Below the pieces are notes generated by a model. It worked only from the letters and a program-made list of their open reading frames with translations, was not told the DNA's origin and ran no database searches. The position numbers and the translations under genes are program-made. This document shows positions 51,979-64,000 of a DNA stretch of 64,000 nucleotides, piece after piece. The stretch's first letter is position 1; each line of letters opens with the position of its first letter. Origin of the DNA: Marsupella aquatica (Eukaryota > Plantae > Marchantiophyta); contig OZ316891.1 of assembly GCA_973895155.1 (NCBI GenBank), positions 6,729,708 through 6,793,707 of the forward strand. Reading direction: 5' to 3'.

Positions 51979-54900
51979 GGCAACGAAAGGAAATCTTGAC
52001 CACTTAGCTCTTACCATAGGGACATCTCACACAACTTTGTTGATCTAAATATTGTGACTGCTATCTTCTCCCTTTAGATGGGGGGGGGAGGGGGAGGGGG
52101 TGGCATGGGATGGGGCAGGTTTTGAGACAGGGCCTTCAAATAGTGAGTTTTGGTATTTTGGGGGATTCTATTAAAAAAGAATATTACAGTAGACAGCTTT
52201 GGCCTTTTATTTGGGTCTTCCTAAGGTCTGGTTTGTCAGATTGTAGGCAATGATCTGGTTTGTGTTGTTAGATTGAAGGCAAAGATGGCATGCTAGAACA
52301 GAACAAACAAATTGTATTCAAATGCAAGGCCCACCCATCCTTCTAGATTGGGCTTTCAATTCCAGAAAAATACCACTGTTTCTGTAGGGACAACCTGTTT
52401 GTGTCATGTAAATGCAATGAAAAATACTCAATTTACTTTAGAGAAAAAAGTTGTACCATGTGAAAAAGAATTGTACCATGGACTGTTTTCATTGGGTTTT
52501 ACCTTTCACATCAATAAAGTGCCCATTCCAAAAAATATATAAAAAATCACATGAATAAAGTGCCCATTCCAAGAAAAGAAAAAGACAAAAGTGTGGGAAT
52601 AATAAACCATAGGGAAAAAACTGCTGGAAAATGTACGTATGAGCTGCCTAAATAACTACACAGTCATATGTAATGATTGGTACTATTGAACGCATAAAAG
52701 CTGACGGCATAAAAACTAACGTACAGTGCATGGGAGGTATTGTAAGAGGAGTGCTTGATGTTCACTCTGTATCATTGCACCTGTATTTTTTATTTGAATT
52801 CAAATAATAGGCAAAACTTTCAGAAACACAAAACTAAAATTAATCTAGGGGTAGGGGAAAACCTCTACTGTAGAAGTGAAGAAATAAAGGAAATTAATGG
52901 GGACCAGTTCATTGCCCACTTCATTACCCCACTTCTCCGTATGTTGTGGCCAAACAACAGAACCGCCCTCTCCTTCCTGGCCTTCCTTTTTCACACCTGG
53001 CTCCTTCCCTTCAGTCCAGTCTCAAAAAATACAAAGCTAGGCTGGCTTGATCGTTCACATTGCAGGGCCAATAGCACCTTGACATGTGGCAGACCACAAA
53101 TGCAGAATGATCTTGGGTAAAGTCCAGGAGTGAGAGTAACCCATACACAAAATGGTGGTCACTTAGAAAATAAAATATTCCTGGAACAAGCTGATAGTAA
53201 AGTCACTTATGCATCCCAGTAACTGCACATCAAAATGTGATCATATATGTTCACTAACTGATTTTAAACATAGCATGGGGCAGGTTAAGCCACAACTTGC
53301 CCTACAAGAGCCACGGATTACTTGTAGTTTACTTTCACTAGGAATTGTCTTGGGTTCCACCTTTTATGGTGTGCACTCGTTCACGCTCACTAGGAATGCG
53401 CTTGGGTTCCACCTTTTATGGTGAGTGCCCACCTTTTATGTTGAGTACATTGTTCACCACTAGACTGAAATGAACACTAATGAGGTGGGATGGAGCTTTT
53501 ATATGGATAGGTGCAAGGCAGAGATGGAGCTTTTATATGGGCAAGTGCAAGGCATGGGCAGGTGTGGTTTAATCTAAAAAAGAAAAGGAAGATTCCTTAG
53601 CATCTACAGTCGGGCATCTCAAATATTGAAAGAAAAAATACCACCTCACGGGCATCCCGCGATGCACTCAGGCGTAACATGGGTATAGCCCAAAAATATC
53701 AAATCAGGCAGTATGTGAAAATTGCAAGATGAGTTAATGAACACACTTAAATCGGGTTGTCTCCTCATAACAGTTGGCCTTTAGTTTTGGTTGACTCCCA
53801 TGCATGACTGATCTGGTCTCACATTCAGTGCCCGACTAGTCATTCCCACTACCTTGGGTCACAACACTCCTAGACAAGGTCATGTGAGAAAAATTCATTA
53901 TATAAATGCGCCAAAATTTATTTGAGACGCCTGAGTGACACAATTATATTTTCAGGACCTAGTAATAAGTATGTATTTGAGACACTCCTAGTACGGAATA
54001 CCAAATGTTGCACAGTGTTTTTCCTTCAAAAACAAAAATATATTGTTAAAAAGAAGAAAAATATTGGTCAATGAAGAAGGGGTGACCAATTTTTTTATAG
54101 TTCATAATTAATTTTTTCAAAAATTCTTAAATAACATCTGAACAGATTTGACTGATTAAAATATTAATTTTCCTCATTTATGAGTTAAATAAATTTTATA
54201 TCATTAGTTCATTTTTGAATAAATCTTATTATTCAAGACTTCAATAAAAAATTGTCATATAACAAAAAAAAAATTTGTGGACTTTTCTAAATTTATATTT
54301 CTCACATTACCGAGGAGATGAAAAAAATTACACCTAATATTTTAGGAAAAAAAACTTACCTCAAAAAAGTAGAAGAGGAATGGGAAATAAAAAGCCTCAA
54401 CAATGGATGTGAGTGTGCTTTTATTTTCTTTCTAAGTTACAATGTTTTTGAACGGCCAAGTTTAAGAGGCAGACGCAAAGTTTTCTCAAGCGCTTCAAAT
54501 ATGTGCAAATATTTGGAAGTACTTTGGAACGAGGTGCAAATTTTTATTTAATGAGGCACAAATGATTGAGATGTGTAATTTTTTACACACACTTGAGATG
54601 CGTGCGTAAGTTTTTTACACACGCTTGATTGACATGCATGATGTGCAAATTTTATTGGAGGTACGGTTTAACCAAGATGGAAAAAAATAAGCACCCGTGC
54701 AAACATGCAGCCAATGAGAGTTACTGAATTTTTGTCAACATACCGTGGTTAGAAGTGAACGGTTAGAAGTGAACTTATGAATGATACATATGTAGCGTAC
54801 AACATTAAAGAAGTATATATGTATAATCTTAAATAATACGCAATAGGGTAATCTATCAATACAGGTTAACTCTTGGTATAACACATCAAGTTTTGTGATG

Positions 54901-55009
54901 TTTTGTAATTCTTGGTGGGTTTTTTCTTTCATTAACCAATGAGTCTTCATTCCAGATGCCAAAAACATTTTTGGATAGCATTTGCTTATGGACAGTTTGC
55001 AGACTTACC

Positions 55010-55350
55010 CTGGGTATTTGGGTAATAGGGTACTCTATGATTTTTGGTGACATTTTGGGTACCCTTTGGTAATCTAGAGTACTCTTAGGTACTCTATGAT
55101 ATTTGGAGTACTCCTGGGTACTACGGAGCCCTCTATGATATGTGGGGTGCTATGGGTCACTCAATATATGATATAAGGGACATTTTGAGTACCCTTTGGT
55201 AATGTAAAGTACTATGGGGTATTTTATGATATTTGGGGTACTCTAAGACACTCTAAATATTCAGAGACATTTTGGCTACCCTTTGGTAAAGCAGAGTAAT
55301 GTGGGTCATTTTATGACATATGGGGTACTCAAAGATTCATCCTCTAGATA
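55010..55350. repeat. Degenerate complex minisatellite
   Basis: Recurrent gggtactctatgatatttgg and gacattttgggtaccctttggtaa motifs. Related motifs again at about 55950-56045. Confidence 0.7.
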
Positions 55351-56552
55351 TTCAGTACGGAATACCAAATGTTGCACATTGTTTTTCTTAGTAAAACACT
55401 CATATTTTACAAAATATATAAGATAAAGGGTATTGTATTTTATTTAAATTGTGAAATCATACAAGTTCCAAGAAAAAAAATCACTCTCCTTTGTTAAAAA
55501 AGGGGAGATATTTAGGGACTATGAATAATAGGTTGGACAAAACAATTTCATAGGGTTCAATGGTGGGTAATAAAAGTTTGTTTTTTTAGATTTAGGCTTG
55601 AAAATTTTGTAAAAATGTTGGACATATTATGTTTTGGAAGTGCGGATCACTTTTATGGAAGAAGTGAAGATGGCAAGGAAACATCAAGGAGAATTATAGG
55701 GTGACTTTTAATTCAAAACAAAAGGTTTAAAAGAGTGACATCAAAAACAAATTAACAATATACAATGATGTATGAATATTTTACTTTCCAACAAAAAATT
55801 TGCACAAAAAAATATTTATGCAACCTCAAAAATAAGAGTATGTGACCACAGAACCACAAATAAATTAAAGTTTTGACAAGTGCACCAAATAAAAAATTGC
55901 ACCGCCATACAAACAAAAAAAAGTTTGCACACAAAACTCGCACTCTAAGTGTGCTATGGGGCATTTTGGGTACAATTTGATAATCTACAGAATTAGTCTT
56001 GTATACTCTATAATATTTGGGGAACTATGGGGTACTGGATGATATGCAAAGAGCTCTGTTTTTAATTGCTGAGTATTGTACTCACACAGTTAAGATCATG
56101 CCTCAATTGGATGAAACAAACTGAGAATTGGATCTGTCCTAACCAGAAGAGAAGGCGCAAGTTGCCCACTTGGGCTTTTGAGGATTCACCACTCAAAATG
56201 AACCAGCACAGCATTAGTGTTGCTATTATGTCCAAAATGATGATACCTAGCTATTTGTATGGAATCCAGTAAAAGGTGGTATGATTTATGTGCTTTGTTA
56301 TGGCTTTGTAAAGTCTTTACTACAATGATGACCTGTGGCTTGCAAAATTGAAATACAGGGTTGTGAAGCATCAGCAGAACTAATAAGGCCGCAATGGTGT
56401 ATGTTCTAATGTTTGCAATATACTTTCTTTTTTCCTAGACAGTATAAACTTAGTCTATTCTCAGTTGCTCAATATATCATGCATCTTTCTCAAAAGTATT
56501 TCTTGAAAGGACCCATTGATAATTTTTATTGTTTAAATAATTTCTAGTTACT

Positions 56553-57100
56553 TGTTTTTTTTCTTTGAGAAAATACGTGTTTATTAGAGAAGCCACCGTG
56601 ACGAAAACCAGCAAGGGAGACAACAATCCACACAAAGGGCCACACACACCCCAAACGACCACTAAATGCCCAAAACCACCCCAACAGAACACAAGGTCAC
56701 CTCCTAAAGAAGCGCCAAGGGAGGAGAAAGCAAAAAAACTAAGTTACACTAACAACGGACAAACAAGGCACTGCCCGCAGGCAAAGGGGGGCCTCCACAC
56801 TCGAATGAGCAGGGTTCCAACAGCAAAGACCTACGCTATGCGGGACTAGTGCCATTAGAAGCCCTAGCAGTCAGTTCAATGAGTTCAAGAAGTGTTTGAT
56901 GTCATCGTCTGGCCTTCTGCACACTGTGAGTCCGCTGAAGGCTAGCATGAACTTGAACAGCAACATCTTTGAGAATGACGTGCAATGGAAACCTGGTAGA
57001 GGTAGCATCCGAGAAGAAGTAAGCCACCTTGCGGGCCATAAACACCGGCCCCCATATCTTGACTGGCTTCCATAGAGAAGTTGTCGAGCAACCCATTCAA
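56553..57100 (-). mobile_element. 3' fragment of an L1-like LINE
   Basis: A T-tract at about 56555-56566 (poly-A on the minus strand), a GT-rich 3' UTR, and a degenerate ORF end ...ARKVAYFFSDATSTRFPLHVILK resembling plant LINE ORF2 C-termini. Confidence 0.45.
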
Positions 57101-58822
57101 ATATGTACCCGGACCAAAGTTTCTTGGGTTCACCGGGTCATGCCTACTAGGGTTTGGGCAAGGGTCAGATCCCTCTATATGGGTGGGGGTGGGGGCAGAT
57201 AGATCCAGTTCTGGGGTGACGAGAATAGGGATAGATGGATCTGCTGAGGAGGAGGGCTCTATTGGAGCTGGCGTGGGGGATTTTGTCTTAGGGTCAAAGG
57301 CTGGACGTCGTTAAAAGGGATGTCACTTGTATCTGGGTCGGCCACCTTGTAACTGCCGTCTTTATGTCTAAGGTTGTCATGGAAGAGACGCTATTCAATC
57401 TTGGGGATAGCTTGATACCACTTAAGAGGACCTTATAAATTCTAGAAATTTAAATGTTTATAGTATTTCATACTGTAACAACTCACTTTAGGAATAATCA
57501 CCAAATTTTAGTATTCATTGTGGTGATCATGAGACTATAGTTAAGAACGTTTGTCTAACACAAAAGTTGAGAGCGTGCAACTCACCATCGTAATGAGAAT
57601 AATAGCAAAATTGCTACCTTAAATACTCTCTTTTGGTCACATATATAGTGGGCACAATTGCCCTCTTCATAGGGAGGCATAGAACAAGGGTCAATATGAA
57701 TTGCTCGTTCTTGCATTGGCAATGGTATCGGCAACTTATTCAAACGGCTTCTGCAAGTATATATGCTTTTCAAAATTCAGGACACTTAGTTCCTCATCCA
57801 AAATGAGGTAGTGAAGATTTTTTGTTTTGAAAGTCTTTGTGGCAGAATGAGGCAACAACCGGGCAGTGCAATGCCCAAAAACAAGAAGCCAACAGGCTAT
57901 CATAACACACAGTCCACCCGAGAGTCCACCTAATGGCCCAATGCTCCACAAAATTCAACAAGTCATCAACTTAGCCGAGCTACTGTAATCCTCTCACCCA
58001 AGGGCAAAAGTCCAACAAGTAACTAAATTCATCTCTAACCACTAAGTACCCTCATGGCACCTCCATAACACAACACAAACATAGCCAAATTGAAGAAACA
58101 TAGAGGCTAATTGGGACTATATCACCATCCATGTACTTCTCAAACTTACAATGGAAATAGTGATATAACTGTAATTACTAGTTTTAATAGTACTTAGCAT
58201 TCCATTTCCACCTAAGTTCAAAATGGAAGCTCTCCAACTTACTCTAGATCCAAAGTGTACATGAAGTTACCACGTGATCATCCTCACAAACTAGCATGCA
58301 AGTATCCATTTCCTTTATTTGAGTCATGTCTCCTCCGCTTTTCCTATTCCTGGATCCTAAAAATGCTTGATCGAGCATGGAATTTTTGCCTGACCATGCA
58401 TGCTTCTATCCCAAAAATTTTGCATCTCATATCTTAGACAATGAAGACTAAATTCAAATCAATCTATCTGACTTTATCTTCCCACATTGAAAGTTTGATA
58501 TATCATTTCCAGATTGCCCTTAAAATCTACCAATAGCCTTCATGGGATGAATAAAATGTTTACCAAAATGTGCAAGGCTTTTCTCAGGCAATTATACCAG
58601 TACATCATTTCTTCCCCAATGTCCACCACTTTGGAGTCCACCTTGTGGCAATTGAACAAATTATGCAAAAAAAATTGCCACTATGAAGTTGCATGTACAG
58701 TCCCACTTGTTGAGAATCTTGAGTACAAGAAGACAAGGCACTCATCAACAAGTGCGCGATTGTATGACTCAAACTTTAGGATTAGAAAACAAACCTTGAA
58801 TATTGTAGAAGCTTAATTGTCC

Positions 58823-61800
58823 CTATGCTTTGCCATATGCAGTGTTGAAACTTGCAAGTACCAACTTTGCATGCATGACATCTGCATTAGGATATGGAGG
58901 AATGTACAGATGCTTGGAACAAGTAGATGCAATTGGCAGAGAGACTGCAGAGCGTTGCGCACTAAACTCAATATGACATATTGTACTGCCAACGTACTTC
59001 TCATCAGTGATAAACCTGTATAATCTGTAAGTTTCAACAGGAGAAAATTGACCCACGGCTTCTTCAAAGAAAGTCTTCAATGTAGTTGGGAAATCTCTGG
59101 AATATCTAACCCTTGCCAAGAACTCTCCACTTGTAATTCCTTGTTGCGCAGTAAAAAATGCTCTCATTGCCTTCACTGTGACGTCTTTAAATGTACTTTC
59201 CAATACAATCTTCTTTTCAATTTCACTCATCGAGCGAGAAAGTAGAACAGTTTTCACCAAAGAATAAAAACCCTCCTGAAGTAATGCACCGACTGTGGCA
59301 CAAGCCCCAAATAATGTGTCATACACCATGTCTGCATATAGTGATGTCACTGCCATTTGAAATCCTTCATTTGACATGTTGGGGTCCAGACTTATAATCC
59401 TACAATAATACTCAGGCATTATCTCCTCCATGCTCTCAACTAGACTCCTCCTTGAGTCTTGAGGACCAGTAATAAGGGATTGCATTAAATTGTACCTGCA
59501 ATAATATGTGTTGTGTCAGTCTACTATCACATAGGCTTGCTGAACCCAAATGATTCCAATTTATCCTCATCTTCTCAAAAGAAACCTAAATCAAGAAGGT
59601 ATAACCCACCTAAAGTGTGTTCTCCTCGGATGCAAACATGCCAATGAATGAACTCATTTCCTTTCATAGATGGCATATTTATAAATTAATAGTGTTTAGA
59701 GTTCTACAGAAAATAATAAGTTAGTAGAGAATATGCAAAATCACATACTAACAATCAAAAATTGGGAATGTTATGTACCACGTAGGTCGAAATCCTCGAA
59801 AATCCTCTGTATATATTGATGACTTTTGTTGCAACACTTGCATGTGAATTTCATCCTTTGACGGACAAATGCCCATTGCATGAGCAATAGTTGCCATTGT
59901 CATTGGACGATGTACTTGTTGTTTCTTTAAAACAAGAAGAAACATGAGTTGACCAACCACACGCACCTACAAAACAAGTCACAGAAAAAGTTACTTATAT
60001 TGTTCAACATGACGGCACAATGCACTTTGTCTATGAAAATTTTTCTAGTCTCATACTTCAAATTGGTAACAGTAATTAAGTGATTGTGGGAGCTGTAAAT
60101 CATTATGGAAGGGGGTCATCGATAAAAAAAAAGGTGCTAGAGTCTCACATCTTTTTTGGATATCTCTGTAAATTGTTTTTTAGATGTAAGGTGATGAAGT
60201 CCGGAAGAACCCTGCTTAAAAACCTCATGGAACTCCTGCAATTGAGTCATGATGTGACATGAACAGATGTAATTTCATACTTAATCATTGAGTAAAATAA
60301 TGTCATAAATCCATCATTGAGCTAATGAACTTCAAAAATTTGCACTGAGACAACTTACTGAAGAACCACTGAATAAAGTTTTCCAAGCCCCTGTAAGAAA
60401 CCGAGTTGTGACACCACCGGCATCCACAGTGTCAGATTCATCCAATGTCGCTTCACCGTCATGCGTCACATAGGTCAGTTTTGCTGAGAAGTCAGCAAAA
60501 ATTTGTTGTTTCTTCATGGCATTTTGACACATCTTTCGAATTGCAGACAATTCATCTCCATCGCAGAACTACACATGTACCATGACAAAAGTGTACAATT
60601 AGTACCTCAATCCATCATTACTTTGTGGAAACCATATCACTGTCAACAAAACCAACAAAAGTAAATCTATATAGGTCTATCCATTTATAATACGAAAACG
60701 TATCTAAACTGTGACTTACCTGAATTTGAATATGTGGTACTTGCCGTTGGAATCGTCGAAATTGGAACAGTCCATTGTCAGAGATCTGATGGACTCTCAA
60801 CAAGTGCTTTGTAATTTCTGTCTCTTTTTTGGCCTTTATGTACAAATCATCACGGTTTATTTGCAGTGGTGATGAAGGGCATTTTCCAATCCAGTCAATA
60901 TATTCTTCTCGGAGTGAGATGATCTGGGCTTCTGAAAATTTTCCCTTGGCAAATGAGTTTGGGCAATCCCTGTCATAAGCAATCCAACTCTGAATCCTTA
61001 CATATCAACAAATCTCTGAAAGGACCCTGCTTAAGTTGAATGATTGCAAAGTAAACTTTCAAATTGGTAGCCTGATTGATAGCAAGAGAATCCAATGGAG
61101 ATGAGATGAAGCTTTTGATAATTAATAAAATATACTTAGGAAGGAAAGCATTCAGAATGAGTAGCAAGTTACATAATAAGTTGATGAGGAAATCAAAAGT
61201 TCAACATTAAGGAGAATCCCCGTGAACAACTTAAAAAAATGCATACCACAAAAATAAAACTTTCAAAAGCAATAGCAGACAAACATGGGAATAAGCCGAT
61301 GGATAGACAGAAACCAAAAGGTCAAAAAATACACTACAGAAATTAAGCTTTATATCAGAAGCAATAGCAAGCAAACATTTGAATCAGCTGATATCGAAAC
61401 CAAAAGGTCACAAAAATCCATTACAAATATATAAAAGCTTGCAAAACCAATGACAAAGAAGCATTTGAACAAGCTGATGACTTAGGCAGGGAAACAAAAA
61501 GGCCAGAAAATCCACCATGAATGCCAGAAAATCATAATTTCAGAAAACCTACTTTTATGATCATAAATTTAGGATCCAAGAAAATTTAACAGTTGATAGA
61601 ATTAAGACATGATGAATGAAAGAAAATCAAAGTTAATTATAGAAATTAAAATTAAGTTCATGAACCAACACCCCAATGATCGATGATGAAGACAGACAGA
61701 AGTACTAGATCAGACAGGCCAGCCAAATGATCATAAGTATGGACATAAAAGCAATTGAACATTTGGATGATCAATAATAGAGAAGGTAGTCTGTACCTGA

Positions 61801-62313
61801 AAATCTGCAATGATGTCTCCAAATTAACCCGAACAAATTCGGGATCAAGCTCTTTTGTGAGTTTTTGTAGTTGTTCCCAAGCTTGCCATCTTGGAATTGC
61901 TCCTCCACCAAAATACTTCTCAAAATCAAACTTGGTATATGTACTCAAGCTTTCTAACGTATCCAGCATAGGTGCAACTTCATCCTCAAGCATTGCCTGT
62001 GTTAGTCCAAGTTTAGCATCTCTTCGATGTTGGAGGAATTCAATGTGGTGGCCAGCATTCCCACCTGTTTTACTGCGTTCCTCTTGTAAAACAGCATCAA
62101 AGCTTTGCCAAAATATCTCCTCTGCTTCATCCGTTGACAAATCCACAGTCAAAATTATGCCTCTATCAAATTCCGAGAGTCGTTCTCTTGCTGTACAATA
62201 GGCTTCCAACAAGGCGGTTGTTTCATTCCCCCAATCTATGGCATTGTCTTCCAATTCACCAATTGGTTCAATGACAAAATGTTGTGGTCCCCCACCCGGG
62301 GTGTACCGTGGAC
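58823..62313 (-). CDS. Divergent HECT-domain E3 ubiquitin ligase, last six exons (about 640 aa); N-terminal part unresolved
   Basis: Exons 62313-61797, 60969-60720, 60568-60359, 60235-60149, 59966-59779, 59495-58823 are GT-AG and in phase without stops. HECT motifs DTVDAGGVTTRFL, VVGQLMFLLV, LYRFIT, and the catalytic loop LPIASTCSKHLYIPPY...AKLVLA...YGKA*. Confidence 0.82.
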
Positions 62314-63508
62314 CTGTTCAAAGTTATACCCCAAATACAAGTGTGAGTACGTTTACATTAGGTGGCCTAGATGACATTTGCCATGAAGAATTGCAACAAG
62401 CTGTCAAAAGATTGTTTGGGTACCACCAAATTTGGAAGTTTGACGAGAAAGGCCAAACACGTTGGTTGCCAAAATCAGAAGTCTCTCTAGGCAGCTTAGT
62501 TTTGGCATGCAGCCATGGATGTCCTTTACATTTGGCTAAGTGTATCAAGCGGCACTTTCTAGGGTCACAGGATTGCGCATTGCCAATTTGCAAATAGTAA
62601 ATTCCTCATAGCCTCAATCCCCTCGAGAATCCCCTACATAGTTCCTTGTATACTATGCAACGGGTAACGACAGAGCAGGGACACGGGCTCCTTGGTGCTT
62701 TCAACACATATCAGAGGGTACGATTGAGTTGTTATAGCAAATCTCAATCTTTGCAAAAGTCTCACATTCTGAAGGGCCGCATTACGAAGGGAAGATGCAC
62801 ATACAAGACAGCCCGATACGCACATATTTAGGCACGTTCATTGATCAAGGCTAATACCTCTGTGTGATGCCTCCGGCCTTGGACTCAGATTGTCGGGTTC
62901 CAATACAAAGGGATGTTGTACAGAGTCACCATCGCGCACTTCATTTTGGCGCCTTGAAGATTCTTGGACCAGCGGAAAAGGTTGTCCATTTCTAGCTTGC
63001 CCCACCTCACGGCCAACTGGTGGTGGTTGTTGTAAATGGATTTGTAATGGTAAAGTCGATGGTGTACCTATGGATCTCATGATCACCAAAACTTAGCTCA
63101 AACAATACCAAAGGAGAAAGTCTCTTACAGTCTACAGCACGGGCCCTTTCTAGTAGACAGGGCCGCCCTCATAGTATTCTCTGTGAAGTCTCAAATCAAG
63201 ATCAACTGTGATTTATCACTGAGGGCAACTAACAAGTGTTGGGCATCTTTAGAACTCGCTTGAAATACTGGAAGGTGACGAGAAGTTGCAAGTGTGTTGG
63301 AGTTGAAGAACCCGATTGGAACGGTTTCCCACATTTGTTGGTAGTGAGGTCGAATCCAACCGTCTTCTTGGTGAGTGAGGCCACTCTATTGATCGATCAA
63401 ACAATGGCGTAAGTACTGTTTAGTTTGAGACTTCTTGGCCGGGCTTGACAAAATGATAATATATAGAGTATGTTACATTGTATACTAGATACAGAGTGAG
63501 CAATATAC

Positions 63509-64000
63509 CTGTTAGTAATTCTGTTGAGTCTGCCAAGTTGGACCTCCCATCCAACCAGTTTGAGGTGCCATCCAACGTTTCCAATTGAGATGTTGAAATA
63601 CAGCAGTTTGAGCTCTCTGCTCGTGTATCAGAGTTCCAAGATTGTGATGGACTTTCCAGAGGTTCTGACTCACGTTGAATTGGCTCATGCTCTGCTTCCA
63701 AAGCATCATCTGAACGACAAGATGCACCTTATATTGTCAAATTTCAATCAATCTACTGTATATCGGGCTGTACTCAAACAATACATGAGAGGATTGCAAC
63801 TTTCTTACCTTTTGCAACAGTACGTTGATTTGTTTGCCCATTTGCTTGTCGAGTAGATCTGCGGCCTCCTTGTGAAGGCACAATCTTAGTTGCCCCTGTA
63901 TTAGCCGCTGCTTCCACATGGTAGTGGCTAATTTGTTGTGGGGTCATCTGGTGAGTAGGATCCTGGATGTAGACCACTCGTGCATTTCGTGGGAAGTCCC
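63509..64000 (-). CDS. Two in-phase low-complexity exons, possibly the N-terminal region of the HECT gene
   Basis: ...QRTVAK-G|GTAAG...ataag|GT-GCA... joins the ORF-track frames 63774-63977 and 63420-63701 in phase. Linkage to the HECT exons cannot be made without passing in-frame stops. Confidence 0.4.

Noticed and set aside
5457-62313. Functional cluster of ubiquitin-system genes (F-box, UFC1, HECT)
   Set aside because: They are tens of kb apart, belong to different pathways, and one is a pseudogene and one is transposon cargo. There is no evidence of linkage.
62400-63250. Stop-codon recoding or U-to-C editing restoring one long HECT frame
   Set aside because: The stop frequency in the candidate frames is near random expectation, and such editing is organellar, whereas this locus is nuclear. 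Introns or decay are simpler explanations.

Overview
Eukaryotic, intron-containing land-plant genomic DNA. A bryophyte-grade plant such as a liverwort is likely, but this is inferred and the species cannot be read from the sequence. Genes rebuilt by hand from GT-AG splice sites and reading-frame phase: the 3' part of a tandem (double) homeodomain gene with a TALE/BELL-like second domain; a secreted alpha-carbonic-anhydrase-like gene lacking two of the three zinc-binding His; a head-to-head pair of intronless paralogous small coiled-coil genes; an intact 6-exon GH3 acyl-acid amido synthetase with three TGTCTC motifs upstream; a UFC1 pseudogene; a frameshifted germin-like gene; and a divergent HECT E3 ligase. 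Intergenic DNA holds many mobile-element remnants: CRE-like and L1-like retroelement ends, a long-TIR foldback element, three 8-bp-TSD MITEs and minisatellites. The most striking structure is a 2878-bp TA-flanked element with 30-bp TIRs (4544-7421). It has no transposase, carries an intact F-box-like ORF and a Cys/His-rich ORF, and its mostly non-coding DNA carries an exactly spaced motif, GGAATG-N7-CGATAAATTTATCG.
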